Shown: one piece after another, positions 7,661 to 15,919 of the stretch
How positions within the stretch are numbered: the stretch's first letter is position 1
Layout: every line of letters begins with the position of its first letter
IMG/VR virus record: IMGVR_UViG_3300028612_001124
Origin: a virus
DNA length: 45,203 nucleotides
Strand: one strand, 5' to 3'
The notes under the pieces: generated by a model
Told to the model about the DNA's origin: nothing
The model's database searches: none
Seen by the model: only the letters and a program-made list of their open reading frames with translations
Program-made: the position numbers and the translations under genes

Positions 7661-7837
7661 ATGAAAACCTACCACGCGAAAATAACCGGGCCGCTTGCGT
7701 TCTGGTTTACCGCCCTCGACGCAATGCCGGAGGCAGTTATTAAGCAGCACATTAAGGCGCTGGATTTCGATAGTTTCGATATTCTCGGCGTGTCGGATGC
7801 TCACTATCCCGGCGGAACCATCCTAAAAACGCCCTAG
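7661..7837 (+). CDS. Hypothetical small protein (58 aa)
   Basis: ATG 7661 to TAG 7835..7837. Sequence MKTYHAKITGPLAFWFTALDAMPEAVIKQHIKALDFDSFDILGVSDAHYPGGTILKTP. It is below the ORF-track cutoff and the SD is weak. Confidence 0.45.
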   Translation: MKTYHAKITGPLAFWFTALDAMPEAVIKQHIKALDFDSFDILGVSDAHYPGGTILKTP

Positions 7838-7925
7838 AGGCCTGCTGGGTGCGTATCTTGTCTGTTTTGGTGGCCCAACCCTATACCCAACCACCATACG
7901 CGCCCAGCGCCCTAAAAACGTAATC

Positions 7926-7958
7926 GGGACCGGGCGTGTGAAGCCGCCCGGCCCCTTT
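7926..7958 (+). terminator. GC-rich hairpin plus T-run between convergent operons
   Basis: GGGACCGGGCG (7926..7936), loop TGTGAAGC, CGCCCGGCCCC (7945..7955), then TTT. Confidence 0.5.
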
Positions 7959-7998
7959 GCGCTGGCGGGGAACCACCCAAGCCGCCGCGCCGCCCCGG

Positions 7999-8418
7999 TC
8001 ATGGCTTGGCAACCAAAGCGACCGGGAACCCGTCAAACCTGTTATGTAGCGCTTTTAGGCCAAGCGCACCCTCAAGAAGCCTCATCATGCTGGCCGTGTC
8101 TGCCGCCTTTATGGCGACATATTCGTGCCCCAGGCTGATTACACCCCCGGCAAAGTTACGTTGTGCTTCTGATAAATCTCCACGGTCTGTCTTGAGTTCG
8201 ATGCAGACCGAACGACCGCCGGCAAGCCACACAATCAGATCGGGCGCGCCGGCTACCATGCCCTCGCGCTTCATCTTGAAGCCTTTTTTCCTGGATCGTT
8301 TGCCCTCGTTGGGCACATGGCAAAACATGAGGTTGCCGGCGAGTTGCTCCTGTCTAAGCCGGGCCACGGCAGACACCTGAAGGTCACGTTCGCGTATGCC
8401 GGGCTGCCGCCGGGTCAT
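7999..8418 (-). CDS. VRR-NUC domain nuclease
   Basis: Motifs FCHVPNEGKRS...GAPDLIVWL...CIELKTDRGDLSEAQ (D...ExK). ATG 8418 overlaps the upstream stop (ATGA). Confidence 0.8.
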   Translation of the reverse strand: MTRRQPGIRERDLQVSAVARLRQEQLAGNLMFCHVPNEGKRSRKKGFKMKREGMVAGAPDLIVWLAGGRSVCIELKTDRGDLSEAQRNFAGGVISLGHEYVAIKAADTASMMRLLEGALGLKALHNRFDGFPVALVAKP

Positions 8419-8840
8419 GGCGTGGCCGCATTGGGTGTGAAGCGCGGACCCCATCTGTGATTTTTAGAGCTATACGGCTTGGCCTTATCGAGCCGCATCA
8501 GGATATATCCGGGTTTCGGTTGCGGCTTCACGTCCTTGGCAAAGTTCCCGAACTTCCGCCACCGCTTGCAGACTAGATTTTTCCGCATATGCGCGATCTT
8601 GTGCCACGCCCACGCTAGCCGACCCAAGCACCCGCAAGACTTGGTGCGCCCGGCCCGTAGGTTGGTCGGCAGCACATTCGCCGTCTGTCCACAATCGCAA
8701 AGACACACGGCATGGGTAACGCGATAAATATCGCCACGGGATTTAACGAATCCCTGTACGACCAGCCGCCCGAACCGCTTGCCGAGCTTGAAGCCGAATC
8801 TGTATTTTGGATTGAATGAATGTTTGGTGGTTTTCTCCAT
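8415..8840 (-). CDS. Zn-ribbon protein (CLCDCG...SCGC), possible DNA-binding protein
   Basis: Four-Cys motif VCLCDCGQTANVLPTNLRAGRTKSCGC. The start is taken at ATG 8840 (MEKTTKHS...) and is uncertain; the ORF track uses TTG 8888. Confidence 0.6.
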   Translation of the reverse strand: MEKTTKHSFNPKYRFGFKLGKRFGRLVVQGFVKSRGDIYRVTHAVCLCDCGQTANVLPTNLRAGRTKSCGCLGRLAWAWHKIAHMRKNLVCKRWRKFGNFAKDVKPQPKPGYILMRLDKAKPYSSKNHRWGPRFTPNAATP

Positions 8841-9019
8841 GACCAACAAACTAACAAACTCACCGCCGCCGCGCAACCTCATCCGCAATGCGGATTAAAA
8901 AAGAGTGATAGCCCAGCGTCGCCCTCCGACAGGAGTGGGCGAAGATAGCGGGGCGCTAGCGAAGGAAATGACTTAGATATATAATAGCTTTAGCTTATAT
9001 ATATAAGATATTACCCGCA

Positions 9020-9072
9020 CGGGAACGACAGAAATGAGATTATTTTCAGTACCTTACAGACCCCCACCACGC
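9020..9072. repeat. 53-bp direct repeat, copy 1 (48/53 identical to 9324..9376)
   Basis: CGGGAACGACAGAAATGAGATTATTTTCAGTACCTTACAGACCCCCACCACGC versus the copy 304 bp downstream. Confidence 0.9.
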
Positions 9073-9078
9073 AAATTC

Positions 9079-9130
9079 TTGGAAACCTGGAAATTAGCCG
9101 GAAATAAGCTGGAAATGACTGGAAATTAGA
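9079..9130. repeat. Iteron-like array: five (C)TGGAAA(T) units
   Basis: GGAAA starts at 9081, 9089, 9100, 9111 and 9121 (spacing 8, 11, 11, 10 nt). Further copies lie at 9198 and 9261, with inverted TTTCC at 9184 and 9248. Confidence 0.8.
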
Positions 9131-9170
9131 AAAAACGAACCGGGAACATTGTATGTAAGATATTGTAATC

Positions 9171-9278
9171 ATTACATTTCACGTTTCCGGTTTTCTTGGA
9201 AATAAGGATGCCTATATTTTAGACATTTCACGGTTTGTTCTTCCTAATTTCCAGCGCCCTGGAAACGTGAAATGTAAT
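9171..9278. repeat. Inverted repeat pair (19/20) ATTACATTTCACGTTTCCGG / CTGGAAACGTGAAATGTAAT
   Basis: 9171..9190 versus 9259..9278. ACATTTCACG occurs again at 9223..9232. Local palindrome TTTCCAG-CGCC-CTGGAAA at 9248..9265. Confidence 0.85.
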
Positions 9279-9323
9279 TAAAACAAGCGGTTAGAGTATA
9301 TTTGAGGCACTAGCAAGTGCTAC

Positions 9324-9376
9324 CGGGAACGACAGAAATGAGATTGTTTTCAGCGCCTTACAGACCCCCGCCGCGC
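9324..9376. repeat. 53-bp direct repeat, copy 2
   Basis: See 9020..9072. Its last base overlaps the primase-helicase stop codon. Confidence 0.9.
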
Positions 9377-11751
9377 TAAACGGAAACCACCTTACGCAGG
9401 CTATTATCGTAGAAAAACTCGGTTTCCCCGCGTGATTTTTTGCCTTTCCCGCTGGCGCGAAACAGATCGAAATTCTCTCGCGCTCCAAGAAAATACCCCA
9501 TCGGCTTGACCGACACGCCTACCGAATCTTTCAAATTTAATGTCACGTCGAGACATTTTTTTGCGCCGTCCTCGGTCGTCACTTTGACTACCTTGCCCTC
9601 TTGGATCAGTCCCTTAACAAGTTTTTCCATCTGACCTTTCGTTAAGTCATGCAGACAGCCCGGCAGCATGTCTGACGCATTAGCGAATAATCCGCGCGAC
9701 AGTGCGCCGCCAGTTTCAAGGAAAGGCCAGTTGGCCCTGGCCGCCTCGGCAATCGCAAATAACAGCCATGCCTCCCTCTCGCTGAATGCCCGCGCGCGCT
9801 TCTGGTCGGCTTCCGGCGCGGGGATTAGCAGACCACAGTTTTCAGCGCGAACAATTGTGTGAACGCCATCGAGCATTTCAGGATTATTGGCCTTGATAAC
9901 CGCGAACTTATAGGCCCAGCCGGGTTTCGGCTCCCGCCCCATCGCCCGCATGGTGGCTTCATAGCCTGGGTCGTGCCAGACCCCAATCGCAGCACGGACG
10001 TTCGCCGGCAGCGCGGTAGAGCCGCGTATGGCGTCCAGCATGTCTGACGGGGTGCTGATGCCGCCTCTGCCGGCCTTGGCGACGTGGTGCGTCACGATGA
10101 GGGCAGCGCCGAGGGTATGAACATCGTTTGCCACGCGGAACCACTCATTAACGCAAACAGCCGCGTTTTCTTCGCCGTGCATGGTGGCGCTGAATGTGTC
10201 AATAATAAGTGCGCCGAACCCTTGCGGAGTCTCGGACAGCACGACGAGTTCTTGCCACAATTGGAGCCACCGCCCTGATGGCAGCGGGTTTCCGCCTCTG
10301 TCTTTTTCGACCAAGGGAAATGTGCCGCCGCTGTCTGGCATGGCGATGATAATCAGCCGGTTCCCGGCCTTGGCGCGAAGAACCCCGCCAGGGTCGATTT
10401 CCTCAAGCCGGAAATGAATTTCGTCCCTGTCATCTTCGGCAATTAGGACGACCACATGCTTGCCGGCATGATTCGTTGCCCGTTGGCCCAGCCACAAACC
10501 TTCGCCGCACGCCATGATTAGCGCTAGATGAAGCTCAAGATATGTCTTGCCGGCCCCGGCCTCGGCAACAAGCAGTTGCGCTTTTGCGGCAAGAATAAGA
10601 CCCTCAATAAGAAACCGCCGAGGTGGCGGATCCCCGGCATACATTCGGTGCGGCGCGAATTTATAGAGATACGGCTCTCCGGTCTCATGGATTCCGGCTT
10701 CTGGGTCCACGTCTGAAATAGTTGTCTGAGACGGCACGATGACTTGTGATGTCGCCGCCGATGCTGCCGCAAGATCGCCGTATTTGGTTTGATCGTGCGC
10801 CAGGAGGGAATTAAATTCTCGTTCGATGCGGTCGCTGTCCCAAGCCGGTTGCATGTGCGCCATGACCCAGCCGGCGGCGCGCTGGTAGGCTTCCTCGATG
10901 GTTATGTCTCCCCGCCGGGCGGTATAGATGTGATGACCGGCCACCAAGGAAAATTGCGACCAGCGGTTTACGACCGCGCCGCCCTCGGCAACATCAGAGG
11001 TTAAGGCTTTGCCGGTTGAAGGCTTTTCAACGACGCCGGAAAAATTCATCCCGCCGGTCGGTGTCCGCACGCTGTCTGATTGCGTCTTTCGGCCCACGCC
11101 GGGCATCGGCTGGGCCTCCCTGGCTATGTTAGCCAGTTCAGCAAAGTCATATAGCGAAGTCGGGGTGTATTTAAGAATGCGACAACGCCCCGCACGCCCG
11201 CCCTTGGTGTGCGCGGTGCCAGGGACACGGACGACTTGAGGGATCCGCTTGAAGCTGGCATCTGCGCCACACAGCGCGGCCATGGCCTCCCGCAGGGCCG
11301 CAACCTGGACCGGGGTTTCGTTTTGCTCGGTGAATTTGTAATAGACATGGAGCTTGTCGCTTCCGTCTTCGGTCTTTCCGCCAGACGCAACAACCATTGT
11401 CGGCACACCAAACAAGCCTTCAAGCCATGACAGCCTTGCGGCAGTGTTGCCTGCATCAATATCGAGCAAGGCCGTAGAAAAACTTTTAACAGACGAATCA
11501 TTTGCGCGCTGCCCTGAAAGCGGCGCGGGGCAGACAAATACGCCTATATTGCCTTTCTCCCATTCTTCTTTTTTGCTGCCAATAAAAAATGCAACGTCCT
11601 GTCCCTGCAAGCTGGGTTGTATCGTAATGCTGTGCCTAAACTCCGAACTTTTGGTGTCTTTTTCACCAAGCAATCTGATTTCAAGCATGTCATCGTCTGA
11701 CCAGTTATAGTCACCGAACAGCATCCCAAAATATGTTTCTATGTCATCCAC
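9376..11751 (-). CDS. Primase-polymerase (AEP-like) fused to a RepA/AAA_25-type helicase
   Basis: N-terminal LLDIDAG...SGGKTEDGSDKLHVYY (AEP-like Asp and SGxG.H motifs). C-terminal Walker A AEAGAGKT followed by VVLIAEDD. The preferred start is GTG 11751 with GGAG 7 nt upstream; the ORF track uses TTG 11766. Confidence 0.8.
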   Translation of the reverse strand: MDDIETYFGMLFGDYNWSDDDMLEIRLLGEKDTKSSEFRHSITIQPSLQGQDVAFFIGSKKEEWEKGNIGVFVCPAPLSGQRANDSSVKSFSTALLDIDAGNTAARLSWLEGLFGVPTMVVASGGKTEDGSDKLHVYYKFTEQNETPVQVAALREAMAALCGADASFKRIPQVVRVPGTAHTKGGRAGRCRILKYTPTSLYDFAELANIAREAQPMPGVGRKTQSDSVRTPTGGMNFSGVVEKPSTGKALTSDVAEGGAVVNRWSQFSLVAGHHIYTARRGDITIEEAYQRAAGWVMAHMQPAWDSDRIEREFNSLLAHDQTKYGDLAAASAATSQVIVPSQTTISDVDPEAGIHETGEPYLYKFAPHRMYAGDPPPRRFLIEGLILAAKAQLLVAEAGAGKTYLELHLALIMACGEGLWLGQRATNHAGKHVVVLIAEDDRDEIHFRLEEIDPGGVLRAKAGNRLIIIAMPDSGGTFPLVEKDRGGNPLPSGRWLQLWQELVVLSETPQGFGALIIDTFSATMHGEENAAVCVNEWFRVANDVHTLGAALIVTHHVAKAGRGGISTPSDMLDAIRGSTALPANVRAAIGVWHDPGYEATMRAMGREPKPGWAYKFAVIKANNPEMLDGVHTIVRAENCGLLIPAPEADQKRARAFSEREAWLLFAIAEAARANWPFLETGGALSRGLFANASDMLPGCLHDLTKGQMEKLVKGLIQEGKVVKVTTEDGAKKCLDVTLNLKDSVGVSVKPMGYFLGARENFDLFRASGKGKKSRGETEFFYDNSLRKVVSV

Positions 11752-11764
11752 GCAAGCGCTCCAC

Positions 11765-11788
11765 AAAAAGAACCGCCCACCAGGGCGG
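11765..11788 (-). terminator. Rho-independent terminator candidate
   Basis: On the minus strand: CCGCCC-TGGT-GGGCGG followed by TTCTTTTT. It lies between the 176-aa gene and the primase gene. Confidence 0.5.
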
Positions 11789-11807
11789 CCCCTTCGATCA
11801 AGTCGGT

Positions 11808-12338
11808 CTACTGGGTTGGTTTTTCGATTGTGTCGGGAAGAATACCGCGTAAGATTTTACAAGATAGATCATGGACAATCGTTTTAAGGCCAATAAATCC
11901 ATTCCTTGACCCGGCATGAATTGATTCTTCTAGTATCTCTGTATGGTTAATGTATTTCTTAATCGTCCGGTAGGTTCTACTCGCTATCATGCCTGCATAC
12001 GCCTCAATGACTTCATCATCACTTGAATCGTCAGAGATTTCCAGATCTTTGCAAAGGCGGGATTTTGATCCGACGGTTTTGTCAAGATTCATGGTGAAGT
12101 TCAAGTGAATACACATAACTTGCAGTGCAACATTCCACATGGCTTCAACAATATCCACCTTGCCTTGGGGCGATGGCTGGGCGGCCATCATTAAGGCGCA
12201 GAGCATCGAATATTGATATTTCAGCCTGCCCGGAACAAAAACATACGCGATCTTCTTGTCTTCGTCCTTCTGGCCTTCTCTTTTCACGTCCTTGATAAAA
12301 TCTTCACTGGCTCCTTTGGCTAACTTTTCGAAATCCAT
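11808..12338 (-). CDS. Hypothetical protein (176 aa), AT-rich moron-like gene
   Basis: ATG 12338 (MDFEKLAKG...) is preceded by AACCACCATAAAGGA. GC content is visibly lower than in neighbouring genes. The terminator follows. Confidence 0.7.
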   Translation of the reverse strand: MDFEKLAKGASEDFIKDVKREGQKDEDKKIAYVFVPGRLKYQYSMLCALMMAAQPSPQGKVDIVEAMWNVALQVMCIHLNFTMNLDKTVGSKSRLCKDLEISDDSSDDEVIEAYAGMIASRTYRTIKKYINHTEILEESIHAGSRNGFIGLKTIVHDLSCKILRGILPDTIEKPTQ

Positions 12339-13159
12339 TTTGGTGTCTCCTTTATGGTGGTTGCCTTTTCTTCCCAGCACAGGCTGGCGTAATCGCAAAA
12401 TTTACAGCGAAAATCCGACCTGTCTCGCGTAATTCGTGGCTGTTCTTCGGCTGTCTGGCTGTCGAGAATTTTAAGCGCCCTATCCGTAAGCCGCTGCGCT
12501 TCTTTTTCATCAAACTCGATCAACTCGCAATAGATCTTCATGTTGTCTAGGTTCAACATGGTAAAGAGCGTGTGGCCCACATTGAGATAGGCCATGTTGG
12601 TTTGGACTTGGCCGTAGTATTTAGGGTCAGAGACAGCCACACCATCCTTGGAGAACCTTTTCCACTTTTTGTTTGTTGCCTTTTTCGACTCCCACAGACA
12701 GGGAAGCGGCATTTCTACGGGCGACGCAAGAAAGATACCGTCTATCTCTCCGGCTATTCTAAATTGACCTGTGACAGGATCGGCGGCGACCTTGAATCCA
12801 TATTGACCTGATCCGTCCGACTTTTCGGTTGCAAGATTAAAGCCCGCAAGTCGAAACCACTCGGCCATTGAAGACTCTGTCCAGTGTCCAGACAAAGCAT
12901 GGCGCTGCAACTCGCCGGGCGAGACAACCGAATCACGCTCGTCTTTATTGGCCTTGTGATACTTGTACGCCAGTGCCCTGCCGCAAGGCTCCCCGATATA
13001 CCCAGCGCCAATCCTCTTTTTTGCCACGTCCCCCTTTCCCGATCCACGCCCAGCCTCATATTCCGCGCGGTCATGTTCAACAATGGCGGTATCAAGGGCG
13101 GCGGTGATTCGGCCTTGAAGCGTGACCGGCGCGCGCTTGAGTTTTTGGGAAAAATCCAT
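12320..13159 (-). CDS. PD-(D/E)XK Cas4-like exonuclease with Fe-S cysteines
   Basis: Motifs GEIDGI...LWESKK...QVQTNMAY, plus Cys at GEPCG and C-terminal CKFCDYASLC (C...CxxCx5C). ATG 13159. Confidence 0.8.
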   Translation of the reverse strand: MDFSQKLKRAPVTLQGRITAALDTAIVEHDRAEYEAGRGSGKGDVAKKRIGAGYIGEPCGRALAYKYHKANKDERDSVVSPGELQRHALSGHWTESSMAEWFRLAGFNLATEKSDGSGQYGFKVAADPVTGQFRIAGEIDGIFLASPVEMPLPCLWESKKATNKKWKRFSKDGVAVSDPKYYGQVQTNMAYLNVGHTLFTMLNLDNMKIYCELIEFDEKEAQRLTDRALKILDSQTAEEQPRITRDRSDFRCKFCDYASLCWEEKATTIKETPKWISKS

Positions 13160-13160
13160 T

Positions 13161-13526
13161 TTAGAATGAACCAATATTTCTTTGATAGTAATTTGTGCCG
13201 TGATTCACAATGCAGGTTTGCTTGCCTTGGGGAGTAAGAACCAGCGACCATGTACCACTTATTGCATTGGCCGTAATTTCAAACGCCCACCCGTGAAAGG
13301 TAAGCCCGATGGAAACCGGAATCTCCGAATATTTTGTTCGAAGATGGTCAAGGATGACCACCCGCGAATCACATCTAGTTATTGATTGCGCGGTTGTCTC
13401 GCCAGCAACCCCAAGAATAATCGTCGCAATTAAAAGTCCAGGGAACCACGACTTGAAACACCATACAGTATCCGCGCGGTGACTTGATTGCGCGGGGGTG
13501 GATCTGTTTTCTAGCAATCGCAGCAT
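13161..13526 (-). CDS. Secreted or membrane-anchored hypothetical protein (121 aa)
   Basis: Hydrophobic segment WFPGLLIATIILGVAG followed by TTAQS (signal-peptidase-like site). Confidence 0.65.
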   Translation of the reverse strand: MLRLLENRSTPAQSSHRADTVWCFKSWFPGLLIATIILGVAGETTAQSITRCDSRVVILDHLRTKYSEIPVSIGLTFHGWAFEITANAISGTWSLVLTPQGKQTCIVNHGTNYYQRNIGSF

Positions 13527-13604
13527 TTTCAGGCCCGTCTGTTTTCATCCCCTGATCGACGGGCGGGAGAGTCCACCCATGGATGCTTTGGTTGTTTATG
13601 AGCG

Positions 13605-13638
13605 CCTACAGTTTGTAGGTATCGACCATCATAGTCAA
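13605..13638 (-). promoter_or_regulatory. Candidate operator-controlled promoter
   Basis: On the minus strand: TTGACT (13638..13633), 13 nt, then palindrome CCTACA-AAC-TGTAGG (13619..13605). The layout matches the promoter at 18339..18372. Confidence 0.5.
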
Positions 13639-13646
13639 CATTATAA

Positions 13647-14030
13647 TCAAAAAAACTCAAAGTTTTCAAAATAAAGTATGGCTATGTCGCCAGGAATTGT
13701 TTCCAGGCGTGGCGCACGAAACGCAGCGTATGGCGGGAGCCACTTGTAAAAGCCAACCAGCCCCTCCCACTGCACGATTAAAATGTACGGAAGGCTGCCC
13801 ATCACAGCACATTGCATCGCAGCCCTAAGCTGGTTTGCGGGGGTCTGGTAGATCCCTCCCTGCCGGCCTATGCAGCCATGATCGTGGATCACAATGCTGG
13901 CAAAGGCGAGAGCTTTGGACTGCCCCTTCATCGTCAGCGCGAAGCCGGTGTCGAATCCGTCGCCCAGGTCAACCATGTCTACGCCCCAGCGGATTTCAAA
14001 TTCTTGCGCCACCTCCTGCTTGGTTGTCAA
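13647..14030 (-). CDS. Hypothetical protein (127 aa)
   Basis: ORF track. The ATGA start overlaps the helicase stop. Confidence 0.75.
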   Translation of the reverse strand: MTTKQEVAQEFEIRWGVDMVDLGDGFDTGFALTMKGQSKALAFASIVIHDHGCIGRQGGIYQTPANQLRAAMQCAVMGSLPYILIVQWEGLVGFYKWLPPYAAFRAPRLETIPGDIAILYFENFEFF

Positions 14031-15706
14031 AACTTTCTCCTGATTGCGCGCTCATTAAATTTGAACGATAGCAAGCAAGACGCCTCGTACCGGGATACGG
14101 AATATGTTTCTGCCTTAGACAAACTTAATGCGGCGATTTGTTTGCTCGTAGGTACTTTTTTAAGCCAGGATTTTGCTTTGCCAGATTCAGCAACGCTCCC
14201 AAACTCCCGCAGATAGTCATCGGCGCTGGCAAGGACGGTCTTGCGCCACGCACTCTCGCCCACGGTTCGCGCCGGCTGACCTTTCCGACCGCAAATTCCT
14301 ATCCATGTCTGTCTGTCTTCGTTCCACATAACGAACCCCCAGGCACGAAAGCTGCTGGCGGCGAATACATGACCATTCCAAAGCGGCATCCATCTGAAAG
14401 GCGATGCGTCCAGAAGGTCGATTTCAGACATTACGAAGTTTTCTAGTCCATACCCGGTTCCATCCGGCTCCTCGGCTGTTCCGCCGCCTGTGTGTTCTTC
14501 CGTGACCTTTGCCGGTATATCCTCACCACATATAGGACACTGTTTGGCTAATTTTGGTAATTTTGCTTCACAGGCTGGATTAGGGCAGTCAATTGTGCCG
14601 CTCGCCTCCAAATTGACATCTTCAAGAATAGATCCATGCCTGTGAAGCGTGATCCCGAAATCCAGAACTAGACAGTCATCTTTGATAATCCCTGGATGTT
14701 TCTCCGGGTCGATCTTCCGCATTCCGCGACCGACCATTTGTATCATGGTCGATTTGTAAGAGCATGGCCGTAGGAGAATCACACAGCTACAGGGTGGACA
14801 GTCCCAGCCCTCGGTAAGGACCGCCACATTTACTATAATTGGGAAAACAGTTTTCTCAAAATCAGACAGAAATATTTTGCGAACGAACTTTTGAGTTTCG
14901 CTCGAAATTACCCTGGCCTCATGTCCGGCGTCTGAAAATGCTTCCGCCACATTTTTTGCGTGCTGTATTGTCGCGCAGAAAATAACTGTCTGCCGCCCCT
15001 TCGCGCGGTGTTCCCAATGTTCGATTATCTGTGAGTTTAGCGCCGAGTCGTCCATAATGGCTTCAACTTCAGCCATGTCGAAGTCATCATTAGTTCGGCG
15101 GACCTTCTCAAGCCGCTCTGTAACCGAATTGCCTAAGTCGATTACAACACCGCGCGGCGGGACCAAATGCCCGGCCTGGACAAGTTCTTCAGCGGAAATC
15201 ATGTCGGCACAATTGTCGAACACAGACACAAGGCTTGTCTTGTCACCGCGATTGGGGGTGGCGGTCACTCCAAAAATCTTGACCTTGGGATTAAGGGATT
15301 TTGCCTGCATGACAATATTGACGTAGGATTTTGCCGCCGCATGGTGTGCTTCATCAATAATCAGCGTGTCGCAAGGTGGCATTAAATCGAGATTGCGGAT
15401 CAAAGTTTGCACCATCGCAAAGCTGGCTCCACCACGGGATGCCCAATCTTTGTGGTCAGCGTCAAACTGCATTGTTGGAATGTCAGGATTAATCGCATTA
15501 TAGGTTCGGCGGTTTTGGGCCACTAATTCATCGCGGTGCTGAAGGATAATATGATGACCGTCGGCCTCAAGGGTTTCGCCAGACAGTGCAGACAGCATCA
15601 CCGTCTTGCCACTGCCTGTAGGGGCAACTCCCAGCGTGTTGTCGTGTTCATCAAGCGCCTCAAGGCAGCGGTCAACAAAAACCCGCTGGCGATCCCTTAA
15701 CTGCAT
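14027..15706 (-). CDS. SF2 DEAD/DEAH-box helicase with C-terminal Zn-ribbon
   Basis: Motif I APTGSGKT, motif II IIDEAHH, and the Cys pair CPNPACEAKLPKLAKQCPICG. Confidence 0.9.
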   Translation of the reverse strand: MQLRDRQRVFVDRCLEALDEHDNTLGVAPTGSGKTVMLSALSGETLEADGHHIILQHRDELVAQNRRTYNAINPDIPTMQFDADHKDWASRGGASFAMVQTLIRNLDLMPPCDTLIIDEAHHAAAKSYVNIVMQAKSLNPKVKIFGVTATPNRGDKTSLVSVFDNCADMISAEELVQAGHLVPPRGVVIDLGNSVTERLEKVRRTNDDFDMAEVEAIMDDSALNSQIIEHWEHRAKGRQTVIFCATIQHAKNVAEAFSDAGHEARVISSETQKFVRKIFLSDFEKTVFPIIVNVAVLTEGWDCPPCSCVILLRPCSYKSTMIQMVGRGMRKIDPEKHPGIIKDDCLVLDFGITLHRHGSILEDVNLEASGTIDCPNPACEAKLPKLAKQCPICGEDIPAKVTEEHTGGGTAEEPDGTGYGLENFVMSEIDLLDASPFRWMPLWNGHVFAASSFRAWGFVMWNEDRQTWIGICGRKGQPARTVGESAWRKTVLASADDYLREFGSVAESGKAKSWLKKVPTSKQIAALSLSKAETYSVSRYEASCLLSFKFNERAIRRKF

Positions 15707-15721
15707 GGGAAGTTCTACAGT

Positions 15722-15919
15722 CTATGCGAAGACGGCAAGATCGAAATTCGCGCGAAGGTATCGCTTCGCGGTGCACGCTGTAGATCGATTCCCGCCTTTA
15801 TTGTTGAGGGCAATAAAAATAAGACATTCGACACCCTTCATTCTGCGTTTTTTTGAAGAATTTCTTGTCAGGTGAATCGCGCGGAACAAGCGCTGCGCGT
15901 TGAAATCCACAGCCGTCAT
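15722..15919 (-). CDS. Possible small basic protein (65 aa)
   Basis: ORF track. GGAG lies 10 nt upstream of the ATG and GC3 is high in the first third. It sits in an otherwise structured 318-bp spacer. Confidence 0.3.
   Translation of the reverse strand: MTAVDFNAQRLFRAIHLTRNSSKKRRMKGVECLIFIALNNKGGNRSTACTAKRYLRANFDLAVFA

Larger units (their letters stand above)
8971..9376. other. Candidate origin of replication (AT-rich element, iterons, inverted repeats, flanking direct repeats)
   Basis: Non-coding spacer of about 535 bp between the primase-helicase stop and the next gene. The component repeats are listed as separate features. Confidence 0.55.

Noticed and set aside
8881-8895. Hairpin ATCCGC-AAT-GCGGAT as a terminator
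   Set aside because: The stem is only 6 bp. The A/T run lies on the wrong side for either strand: it follows as A-run on plus and precedes as T-run on minus.
9291-9488. ORF 9291..9488(-) and other short ORFs in the 8841..9375 spacer
   Set aside because: It spans direct-repeat copy 2 and the 3' end of the primase-helicase gene in another frame. The region is better explained as non-coding origin DNA.
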